64,000 bases of DNA from an uncultured Acidimicrobiaceae bacterium (GTDB taxonomy: Bacteria; Actinomycetota; Acidimicrobiia; Acidimicrobiales; RAAP-2). Shown piece after piece: positions 19,096 through 27,079 of the stretch (position 1 is the stretch's first letter; the number at the start of each line of letters is the position of its first letter). The translations under genes and the position numbers were made by a program. Under the pieces are notes generated by a model. That model was not told the origin of the DNA, did no database searches, and saw only the letters and a program-made list of their open reading frames with translations. Location: the NCBI GenBank assembly GCA_963726135.1, contig CAVSBE010000003.1, positions 123,595 through 187,594 on the forward strand, written 5' to 3'.

Positions 19096-19228
19096 CAGGC
19101 GCTTCTGTCCCCAATGGTGCCACTTGCTGCCACTAGCTCTCCACGCCGAACTGCCCCACCGTCCCGGCACACGGCACTCACCTCGGCGCTATCGGTCACC
19201 TACCGAGAATGCCACGTAGCGGATCACG

Positions 19229-20018
19229 TCAACTGAGGGTGGCGGTCGTGAGCGTGACGACGAGCGGCCTCGTGACGACGCCGCCGAAATCGTTCCGTAT
19301 GAAGGACTCGATATCGTCGAGCAGACCTACTCGGTCGGACTCCTCCATCATCTGGGTGCCTGAGTACGAGAGCATCAGGTTTCGGTAGTCCGAGGCGCTG
19401 TAGGTCTGGTTCCAGTCGTATCGGCGGACGGCAACGGAGTCGAAACGACGATCTGCGTCCAGCACCGCGCGGATCGCCGGATCGACGGTTCCACGAGTCG
19501 GTGCCGGGGGTCCAGTGTGGCCCTGTCCATACCGCTCGTAAATCGGCTGGGCAGCGGCGAAGAAGCCCGCATCATCGGGCGAGTCGACTTGGATTAGGTC
19601 GACGATCGCCACGAGGCCGCCCGGTCGTAGGATCGCAGCGGGCCGATCGGTCTGCGCCTCTTGAGAGATCCAGTGGTAGGCAGTGGCGGAGAACACGGCG
19701 TCAGCCTCACCGGGCTCGATCTCCATCATCTCGAAGTCACCGACGCTCGATGCGTAGCCGATCCGAAGAGAGGTTCGAGCGCAACTTGGCGGCCATCGCC
19801 GGACCGATCTCGATGGCGAGCACCGATGCTCCTCGGGCAAGGAGATCCTTCGTGGCCTGGCCCGTTCCGGGACCGACCTCCACGATCTCCGGCTGGGACG
19901 GCAGCATCTGGAAGAGCGCGTCGAACAGGTCGGCGGGATACGAGGGCCGCACCCTGTCGTAGGTCTCCGCGGCTTCATTGAACGAGAGTCTGATGTCGTC
20001 TGGTCGCTCCACTTCCAC
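19229..20018 (-). CDS. Class I SAM-dependent methyltransferase, frameshift near 19740-19790
   Basis: The N-terminal frame (19737-20222) has FNEAAETYDRVRPSYP and motif I EIVEVGPGTGQATKDLL. The C-terminal frame (19229-...) has GDFEMMEIEPGEADAVFSATAYHWI and LRPGGLVAIVD. Confidence 0.7.
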
Positions 20019-20141
20019 ATCTTGCCCGAGTTCCCAGTACTGCCACCGTTGTGTCGCCACCCCGTCCCGGCGATCAGGGATACTCCAAGAGCGCCCGGGT
20101 ATCGGCACATCCCGGTCGCTCTGACCTGCCACCATGAACCC

Positions 20142-20666
20142 GTGCCCGACAGCCGGTTCACCATCCGTCCGGCTCGCCCCGAGGACGCCCCACGTCTCCA
20201 ACACATCGAGTTGGCCACCCAAGGCCAGTTCGCCGCCATCGGTTATGACCAGGTTGCTGCCAACCCCCCGGACTCCATCGAGTTGCTGGTCGAGTATGCG
20301 CGGTCAGAACGCTCCTGGGTAGCTGTGGTTGACGACGAGGTAGTGGGCTACATACTCGTAGGTGTCCTTGACAACGCCGCCCACATCTTCCACGTCTGCG
20401 TCCATCCCGGCCACCAGGGACACGGGGTCGGGAAAGCACTTATCGAGCAGGTCAAGAGCTGGGCGCTTTCGGCGGGACGACCGGCAATAACCCTGGCGAC
20501 CTTCTATGAGGTGCCATGGAACGGTTCGCTCTACGAGCACCTCGGCTTCCGAGTGCTGGATGAGTCGGAACTGGGACCCGAGATGCTGGCCAGAGGGGAG
20601 CACGACGTGGCCGGAGGACTGTCGCCTAAGGGGCAGGTGGCCATGCGGCTCGACCTCGACATCTGA
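20142..20666 (+). CDS. GNAT family N-acetyltransferase
   Basis: GTG start at VPDSRFTIRPARPEDA. The acetyl-CoA binding region reads VCVHPGHQGHGVGKALIEQV. Confidence 0.85.
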   Translation: MPDSRFTIRPARPEDAPRLQHIELATQGQFAAIGYDQVAANPPDSIELLVEYARSERSWVAVVDDEVVGYILVGVLDNAAHIFHVCVHPGHQGHGVGKALIEQVKSWALSAGRPAITLATFYEVPWNGSLYEHLGFRVLDESELGPEMLARGEHDVAGGLSPKGQVAMRLDLDI

Positions 20667-20852
20667 CCCAGGTCGGTCGGGCTGCGAGTCTGTACGAACC
20701 CTCCACGCATAGTCGTCCATTGTGATGGATCGCAGGGGTGGCGGCACAGGTCTGAAGGACCCATTTGTAGGGTGACCCAGTTCGCCGGGTAGGCACGCCA
20801 GTGTGGAGCAGGTAAGCCGGTGGAGCGAGTGTGGAACTGCACTTACGCGAAA

Positions 20853-20886
20853 GCGCCCGTCCCACGAACTGACGGGGATCGGGCGC
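20853..20886. terminator. Strong GC-rich hairpin in a ~630-bp non-coding stretch (possible bidirectional terminator)
   Basis: gcgcccgtccc-acgaactgac-ggggatcgggcgc forms an 11-bp stem with one bulge. It is followed by tcttctc on + and tttcgcg on -. The U-tracts are weak and it is distant from both neighbouring stops. Confidence 0.3.
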
Positions 20887-21251
20887 TCTTCTCAGTTGTA
20901 CTCCGAGAACGGATTGCTCGGGGAAATGGCTACCAGTGGGGGCGTCCTTGCCCTTGCCGTCGCAACGCTCTTACTTCGAGCTGCTTGCCGTTCGTCTACC
21001 TGGGCCTACCGGGATCTCTCCCAGTCAATCCTCTTCCATCCGTTCAGGATGGCCCTTCATTCACACACAGCATAAGCGCCTCCTTCCGGAACCCTCTCGG
21101 ATCCCGCACCATCAGTATGCACTCGGTGCACCGCGACCTCAAGAGTCCAACTGCCCATCTAGAGCTGGTGCGGCGCAGATGGCTCCGCAGCCTTCCTCAA
21201 CATTGAGGGTCCGGTTCGCATCTCCGTCTCCTGGCTCCGGGTGGCCTCCAC

Positions 21252-21298
21252 GAGGGTGCCCCCTACCGCCGGGAAGGGGCGCAGCCCGGTACCACGGG
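21252..21298 (+). repeat. Inverted repeat, left arm (immediately downstream of the DUF2293-like gene stop)
   Basis: gagggtgccccctaccgccgggaaggggcgcagcccggtaccacggg aligns to the reverse complement of 22055-22099 with about 41 matches over 47 aligned columns. Confidence 0.85.
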
Positions 21299-21303
21299 AC
21301 GCC

Positions 21304-22035
21304 TCAGCTGCGGCGATGATCGAGGAGGAAGCGGTCGACCGCATCGTTCGCCGCTCCTTTGATCTCTCGATACAAGTACTCCTCGTCCCAGTGCTCCGGC
21401 GAGAGTGCATCGAGATCGTCGTGGTAGCTCGTGAAGCGGCGCCTGATGTAAGCGCGGACGCTGAGAGCGGCCCGCTCATCGATGGTGAGCTTGCGGGTCC
21501 GACCGACTCGGCCGCTGCCAACGACGGCTGCATGGGTTGCGGTCTCCTCGGCGATTCGCTGTTGGAGTTCTTGGTGTATCGGAGGGAAGGCGAGGAAGCG
21601 CACGATGGCGTCTTCCAACTCGTGTCGGTAGCGATCTTCCTGGCGTTGGCGGGACTGAGCTCCGAGGGCACGCTTGGCCGCCCGGCGAGCGGCCGTCTCC
21701 TCGGCGCGTGCCTGAGCTCCAGGGATGACCTTGCTCGGCGCCCAGAGTCCGAGCAGGCGACGATGCTGGCGGTGTTGGCTGCGCGGATGCCACGACACCC
21801 AGTAGGGACCCGTTGCCTTGACGGTCCGGGTCAAGAAGGCATCGCCAGAGGGCAAGAACTCCCAGCCGGCGGGAATCTCGATGTCCCCATGCTCGGGTTT
21901 CCACTGGCCTTTCTTGGTCGCATAGACGTCGAGGTGCTCCCCGGCGAGAGCCTCAGAATCGAGCGGCGTCTCCGCATCGTCCACACCAAGAGCCTTGGCC
22001 GATGCGGCCGGCTCCGCAAGTGAAGCTGGACGCAA
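21304..22035 (-). CDS. DUF2293-like protein
   Basis: The C-terminus GSGRVGRTRKLTIDERAALSVRAYIRRRFTSYHDDLDAL matches my memory of DUF2293. The start is uncertain: TTG at 22035 or GTG at 21984. The track start at 22122 lies inside the inverted repeat. Confidence 0.55.
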   Translation of the reverse strand: MRPASLAEPAASAKALGVDDAETPLDSEALAGEHLDVYATKKGQWKPEHGDIEIPAGWEFLPSGDAFLTRTVKATGPYWVSWHPRSQHRQHRRLLGLWAPSKVIPGAQARAEETAARRAAKRALGAQSRQRQEDRYRHELEDAIVRFLAFPPIHQELQQRIAEETATHAAVVGSGRVGRTRKLTIDERAALSVRAYIRRRFTSYHDDLDALSPEHWDEEYLYREIKGAANDAVDRFLLDHRRS

Positions 22036-22054
22036 CCCTGATCTCTGGGGTATC

Positions 22055-22099
22055 ACCGTGGTACCGGAATGCGCCCCTTCCCCGCGTAGGGGGCACCTC
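22055..22099 (-). repeat. Inverted repeat, right arm (between the DUF2293-like gene and the cyclase gene)
   Basis: The reverse complement gaggtgccccctacgcggggaaggggcgcattccggtaccacggt matches 21252-21298. Each arm also has internal GCCCC...GGGGC pairing potential. Confidence 0.85.
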
Positions 22100-22242
22100 A
22101 CATCTGGACCTGACAGCGACACAAGGTCCCCCCAGTGAACGCCGCCACCGCACCTGCAAAGCAGAGGTCAACTGACCGGATCAGCGCCTCCCACTGGTGG
22201 CATGAAAGACTGAGCATCGGGGGTTGTTTACGGAGGAGTTTT

Positions 22243-25200
22243 GTGTCCTCATCGGTGACCGCGACGTTCATCTTCACCGACTTGGTGGACTCGACCGCGA
22301 CCGCGGCGCGCCTGGGTCCGGACGCAGCGGAGGAGCTGCGCCAAACCCATTTCCGGCTGTTGCGAGGCGCGATCGTCGGCTCGGGCGGCACCGAGGTCAA
22401 GAATCTGGGCGACGGACTCATGGTGATGTTCTCGTCGCCGAGTCGGGCGTTGGCGGGCGCGGTGGGGATGCAGCAGGCGATCCACTATCACAACCGTTCG
22501 GACGGTGAGCCGCTGGGCGTTCGTATCGGCATGAGCGCGGGCGAGGCGGTCGAAGAGGACGGTGACTTCTTCGGTGATCCGGTCGTCGAGGCGGCCCGGT
22601 TATGTGCAGCAGCCGGCGCCGGGCAGATTCTGGCCGCGGATCTGGTGCGGTTGATGGTGGGCCGTCACGCGACGCAGACGTTCGTCGAGGTCGGGCCGCT
22701 GGGGCTGAAAGGTCTTCCCGAACCGGTCGATGCGGTCGAGGTGTTGTGGGAACCCAACGTGGTCGCCGGGTCCGTGCCGTTGCCCGGGCGTCTGGTGGGT
22801 GCCGCGACCGATGCGCTGTTCGGGTTCTTCGGTCGTGGCGGCGAGCTGGCCGTCCTGGACGAGGCGCGCAAGCAGGCGCACACGACCAAGCGGTGTCAGG
22901 CGGTGTTCGTGGCCGGTGAGGCCGGGATGGGCAAGACCGCGCTGGTGGCGCAGGTCGCCCGGACCGCGCACACTGACGGTTCGATCGTGTTGTTCGGCCA
23001 TGCCGATGAGGACGTCGGGATCTCGTATCAGCCCTGGATCGAAGTCGTCTCAGCCCTGGTCCGTGACGGTGACCCCGAGTTCGTGGCCGGACTGCCCGCC
23101 GCGCAGCGCACCGCGCTGGGGCGTTTGGTGCCCGCCCTCAGATCCGATAGCGATCGGGTGGCGGATCCGGACACGGAACGGTTGTTGTTGTGGGAGGGCA
23201 TCAGCGAGTTCCTTGCGGCCGCATCTCAACATGCGTCTGTGCTGGTGGTGCTCGACGATCTGCACTGGGCTGACACCGCAAGCCTCCAACTGTTACGCCA
23301 CGTGATGGCCTCGACGACCCCGGCGGACCTGACCATCGCCTGCACGTACCGCGACACGGATCTGACGCGTGGCGATGCGCTTACCAAGCTGCTGGCCGAC
23401 CTGCACCGTGAAGCGCACGTCACCCGCATCGCGCTCGGCGGCCTCGACGATGTCGAAATCATCGAGTTGTTGTCCGCCTCAGCCGGTCATGACCTTGACG
23501 ACACGGGTGTCGGGCTGGCGCACGCTTTACGGCGAGAGACCGACGGAAACCCCTTCTTCACCGGCGAGGTGATACGACATCTCGCCGAGTCGGGTGGGAT
23601 CGTGCTCGGTGACGACGGCCGCTGGAGCGTCGCCGACGATCTCGATGAAATCAGCCTTCCGTCGAGCGTGCGCGACGTGGTGGGGCGGCGCGTGGAACGC
23701 CTCGGCGCCGAAGCGCTGCGCGTCCTCTCTTTGGCGGCAGTGATCGGCCGCGAGTTCGACATCAGCCTGCTCGCCCGCTTGACCGACGTCGACGAGGATC
23801 CGCTGTTGGACCTCATGGACACCGCCGTGACCGCGGCGGTGCTCGTCGAGAGTGCCACCGCGGACGGGTACCGGTTTGCGCACGCCTTGATCCAACACAG
23901 CCTCTACGACGAGCTGTCACCGACCCGCCGTGCCAGGGCCCATCAACGCGTGGCCGAAACGCTCGAAACCCAAGAGACCGGTGAGGATTCCGCGGCGCTG
24001 GCCGAGCTGGCGCACCATTGGGTCGCCGCCACCCGCCCCGCGGACCTCGACAAGGCACTCGGCTATGTCCGCCGCGCCGGCGACGCGGCCTGCAAAGCAC
24101 TCGCGCCCCACGACGCGATCCGCTGGTACCAACAAGCCCTCGACCTGCTCGACCGCCAGACCCCGCCCGACCAACACAGCCGCGCTCAGCTCCTGGTCGC
24201 GCTCGGCACCCAACAGAGCCGAGCCGGGCAACCCGAATACCGAGACACCCTCACACGGGCCGCCAGCCTTGCCGAGGAACTCGGCGACACCGACACCCTG
24301 GTGCAGGCGGCGTTGGGCTTCAGTTTCGCTGGGGGATTGATCGGTGTTGATGCCGCCAAGCGTGTGCTGCGCGCCGCGCTCGACGCCACCGGCGCCGACG
24401 AGTCATCAACACGTGCGCGCCTACTTGGGTCCTATTCCGAAGCGCACGATGCAGCGTTGGAGTGGCGTGAGCGACGCGACCTCGCGCTCGAAGCGGTCGA
24501 TGTGGCCCGGCTCGCGGGCGACGACACCGCGTTCGTCGAGGTCCTCACGACGACGTTCCTCACCCTGGCGACCGCGGAGTATCGCGATGAGACGATCGCG
24601 AATGTCGAGCGGGCGGTCGCGATCGCCGACCGGCTCGGCGACCCGTATCTGCGCTGCACCATTCGGTTCCCGCTGATCTGGGCCCGATACCAACGCGCCG
24701 ACCTCGCCGGGGCAAACACAGCGATCGACGACATGGCAACGCTCGCCGACCAACTCGGACTGTCCAACGAACTCTGGATGGTTGCCATCGCCCGTACCGG
24801 TGGGTTGTTGCTCGCCGGTCACGCCGACGACGCCGAACAAGCCAACCAACACACGCTCGAACTCGGCATCAGCGCAGGGAAAGATGAAGCCCTCGCAGCC
24901 TTCGGCGGAAACCTGTACGGGGTCCGACAGCATCAAGGCCGGGTCGACGAAGTGGCCGACCTCTTCATCGACGCCGCCCGCGACAACCCATCCCACGCGG
25001 CACTGCGGGCGATCGTGCCGCGCCTTCTGTGCGAGGTCGGCCGTACCGGCGAAGCGGCCGAACGGCTCGCCGACGAAGCCCGCCACGGCTTCGACTTCCC
25101 TCACGACACCACCTACCTCGCCGCGCTCACCGCGTTGGTCGAGGCCGCCACGCTCACCGGACACGAGGAGAGCGCACGCCAGCTGCTCGAACAGCTCACC

Positions 25201-25524
25201 CCGTTCGCCACCCACGTACTGTGCGCCGGGCCGACCGTCAGTGGTTCCGTTGCGCGACCGCTCGCACGAGCCGCCACCATGCTCGGCAACTACGACCAAG
25301 CCGAACAATGGTTCGCGACCGCGCATGACATCCACACGAAGCTGCAAGCCCCGTTCTGGACCGCCACAGGTCAGCTCGACCACGCCGAGCTCGCCCTCGC
25401 CCGCCGCGGCGAGGGCGACATCGAACACGCGCGAAACCTCATCACCACAGCCGCTGCCACCGCGGCCGAGTACGGGTGCGCCGGACTCAGCAAGCGCGCC
25501 GAAGCACTCCTCGACGCGGTCTGA
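22243..25524 (+). CDS. Class III adenylate/guanylate cyclase domain fused to an AAA/STAND-type ATPase and a TPR-like C-terminal region
   Basis: GTG start 6 nt after ggagga. Cyclase block TATFIFTDLVDSTA...KNLGDGLMVMF...RIGMSAGEAVEEDGDFFGDPVVEAARL. Walker A FVAGEAGMGKTAL and Walker B VLVVLDDLHWAD. A long helical repeat tail follows, with no C-terminal HTH. Confidence 0.9.
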   Translation: MSSSVTATFIFTDLVDSTATAARLGPDAAEELRQTHFRLLRGAIVGSGGTEVKNLGDGLMVMFSSPSRALAGAVGMQQAIHYHNRSDGEPLGVRIGMSAGEAVEEDGDFFGDPVVEAARLCAAAGAGQILAADLVRLMVGRHATQTFVEVGPLGLKGLPEPVDAVEVLWEPNVVAGSVPLPGRLVGAATDALFGFFGRGGELAVLDEARKQAHTTKRCQAVFVAGEAGMGKTALVAQVARTAHTDGSIVLFGHADEDVGISYQPWIEVVSALVRDGDPEFVAGLPAAQRTALGRLVPALRSDSDRVADPDTERLLLWEGISEFLAAASQHASVLVVLDDLHWADTASLQLLRHVMASTTPADLTIACTYRDTDLTRGDALTKLLADLHREAHVTRIALGGLDDVEIIELLSASAGHDLDDTGVGLAHALRRETDGNPFFTGEVIRHLAESGGIVLGDDGRWSVADDLDEISLPSSVRDVVGRRVERLGAEALRVLSLAAVIGREFDISLLARLTDVDEDPLLDLMDTAVTAAVLVESATADGYRFAHALIQHSLYDELSPTRRARAHQRVAETLETQETGEDSAALAELAHHWVAATRPADLDKALGYVRRAGDAACKALAPHDAIRWYQQALDLLDRQTPPDQHSRAQLLVALGTQQSRAGQPEYRDTLTRAASLAEELGDTDTLVQAALGFSFAGGLIGVDAAKRVLRAALDATGADESSTRARLLGSYSEAHDAALEWRERRDLALEAVDVARLAGDDTAFVEVLTTTFLTLATAEYRDETIANVERAVAIADRLGDPYLRCTIRFPLIWARYQRADLAGANTAIDDMATLADQLGLSNELWMVAIARTGGLLLAGHADDAEQANQHTLELGISAGKDEALAAFGGNLYGVRQHQGRVDEVADLFIDAARDNPSHAALRAIVPRLLCEVGRTGEAAERLADEARHGFDFPHDTTYLAALTALVEAATLTGHEESARQLLEQLTPFATHVLCAGPTVSGSVARPLARAATMLGNYDQAEQWFATAHDIHTKLQAPFWTATGQLDHAELALARRGEGDIEHARNLITTAAATAAEYGCAGLSKRAEALLDAV

Positions 25525-26849
25525 GGCGAACCACGAACCGGAGCAGAACGCGTCCCCTGAACGCGCACTGGACGACGCCAAAAGGCCCTATCCCCGAAGT
25601 GCCGGTATGTGGCAGGGGTCGCGCCGCCGCTCCGAACGCATGGGAAGGACTTGCCGAACCACGACGTGTCCGTCGAACGATTCCGTTCCGAGCTCTGAGC
25701 CGGCGTCCCCAGCATCTGGTCGATGTCGTCGGCTACCGACCCGTCTTCGAGCGGCATGGCATGGGCGTAGTTGCGCAGGGTGGTTGAGGCGTCCCGGTGG
25801 CCGAGGCGCTGCTGGGCCCGCAGCAGCTCGCCCCGCCCAACGAGGAAGGTGGCCACTGTGTGACGCAGACGGTGCAGCGTGGCCCCGTGGACGTCGGTGG
25901 CTCGGGCGAGCCCGGCGAACCAGTGCCCGAGGGCGCCGGCGCTGAGTCGGGCGTGGTGTGTGGTCTCGGGGGAGAAGAGCCAGGGACCGAGAGCGGCGCC
26001 GTCAGGTAGCCTCCCCGCCCACAGCTCGGCGCTCGACCGCCACAGTTCGGACGTCCGCCGGCCGAGGGTGAGCCTCCGGGCGCGCCCGGTCTTGGTAGGC
26101 CCGAGCACGTCGGCCGAGACGCCACGCTCGATGGTGAGCACCCGCCCCTCGAGGTCGTCGAAACGCAGCGCCACCAATTCGCCACGCCGAGCCCCCGAGT
26201 CCGCCGCGAGGCGGACCAGCAGGCGGATCTGTTCGGCCTTGTGCAAGCGCTCGGCGTCCCTACCCGAACTGGCGGCGACCAGGGCCTCGCCGGCCTCGAG
26301 CATGCGGAGCACTTCTTCGGCATTTAGATGCAGCCGCGTGCCGGGCCGCTGGGGTCCCCGCATGCCGCTGAGCGGATTGACGTCGATGATGCGCTCCACA
26401 TGCGCCCACCCGATCGCCGAGCGCAGGACACGGAAGCGCCCAGAGACGACCGCCACCGAGGCGCCGGCACCACTCCATGCCGCCATGGCCGCCCGCACGT
26501 GCTCGGGCTTGAGCGTGGAGACCCGGCGCGCGGCCAAGCCGTCGGCCCGGAGGGCCTTGGCGTTGGAGCGGGCCGAGATCCACGTGGCCGGCCGCCAGTC
26601 ATGGTGCGCACTGAGCCAACGCTCGAGCAGCTCGCCGACGGTCAGGAACGGCGCGGCCCGCCGGATGGCACGACGCTCGGCCCACTCGGCGGCGAGTTCC
26701 TTGCGGTGAAGCTCGGCCTCTTCGGCGCAGCCGTGGAAGGAGAAGGAGCGTTGCACCGTTCGCCCTGAGACGGGATCGACTCCGACGGCGATGCGGATCT
26801 CCCATACCCCAGGGCTGCGCTCGCGCATGGTGCCTGTCCCCCACGCCAT
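25371..26849 (-). CDS. int: Tyrosine recombinase / phage-type integrase
   Basis: N-terminus GVWEIRIAVGVDPVSGRTVQRSF (integrase SAM-like/arm region). Catalytic C-terminus HRLRHTVATFLV...LGHRDASTTLRNYAH. The last ~126 aa are low-complexity and overlap the convergent cyclase gene, so the true stop may lie near 25750. Confidence 0.9.
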   Translation of the reverse strand: MAWGTGTMRERSPGVWEIRIAVGVDPVSGRTVQRSFSFHGCAEEAELHRKELAAEWAERRAIRRAAPFLTVGELLERWLSAHHDWRPATWISARSNAKALRADGLAARRVSTLKPEHVRAAMAAWSGAGASVAVVSGRFRVLRSAIGWAHVERIIDVNPLSGMRGPQRPGTRLHLNAEEVLRMLEAGEALVAASSGRDAERLHKAEQIRLLVRLAADSGARRGELVALRFDDLEGRVLTIERGVSADVLGPTKTGRARRLTLGRRTSELWRSSAELWAGRLPDGAALGPWLFSPETTHHARLSAGALGHWFAGLARATDVHGATLHRLRHTVATFLVGRGELLRAQQRLGHRDASTTLRNYAHAMPLEDGSVADDIDQMLGTPAQSSERNRSTDTSWFGKSFPCVRSGGATPATYRHFGDRAFWRRPVRVQGTRSAPVRGSPQTASRSASARLLSPAHPYSAAVAAAVVMRFRACSMSPSPRRARASSAWSS

Positions 26850-26942
26850 GCGCGCAAAAGTAGGGACGAATGTAGGGACAGGGCGCGGATCCCTGCTCTG
26901 CGACCGCAGCGCCTTATCATCGTTACGCTGGGCCTACGCGGA

Positions 26943-26985
26943 GCGCGCTCGGAGGGATTCGAACCCCCAACCTTCTGATCCGTAG
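26943..26985 (-). repeat. tRNA-proximal att repeat (43 bp)
   Basis: Identical to 186-228. It covers the tRNA from the discriminator base through the anticodon loop, plus 1 nt. Confidence 0.9.
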
Positions 26986-27017
26986 TCAGATGCTCTAGTC
27001 CGTTGAGCTACGAGCGC
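26944..27017 (-). tRNA. tRNA-Arg (anticodon ACG)
   Basis: A 74-nt cloverleaf folded by hand: acceptor GCGCTCG/CGAGCGC, D arm GCTC..GAGC, anticodon stem TCTGA/TCAGA with loop CTACGGA, T arm GGGGG-TTCGAAT-CCCTC. CCA is not encoded. Confidence 0.9.
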
Positions 27018-27079
27018 TGGGTGAGACAGGACAGTGTACCGGAGCGTCGCCCTGGGTCTCGTGGCGCCGCAGCGCCTGG

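Larger units (their letters stand above)
186..26985. mobile_element. Integrated genomic island (~26.8 kb) inserted at the 3' end of tRNA-Arg(ACG)
   Basis: Perfect 43-bp direct repeat at 186-228 and 26943-26985. The right copy is part of an intact tRNA, and a tyrosine integrase gene lies directly next to it. The interior carries IS21 copies, a transposase remnant and many orphan ORFs, and looks more A/T-rich by eye than the sequence right of 27018. Confidence 0.8.

Noticed and set aside
20803-21075. 90-aa ORF with an internal hydrophobic segment (MATSGGVLALAVATLLLRAAC), considered as a small lipoprotein gene
   Set aside because: It has a weak RBS, mixed codon bias and no homology that I can recognise. 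I kept it only as a remark within the non-coding-stretch finding.
22051-22080. The 10-mer atcaccgtgg is shared between the right inverted-repeat arm and the 39-bp repeat (14052/17205), hinting at one repeat family
   Set aside because: The similarity does not extend beyond about 10 nt plus a few scattered matches. It is most likely chance in GC-rich DNA.
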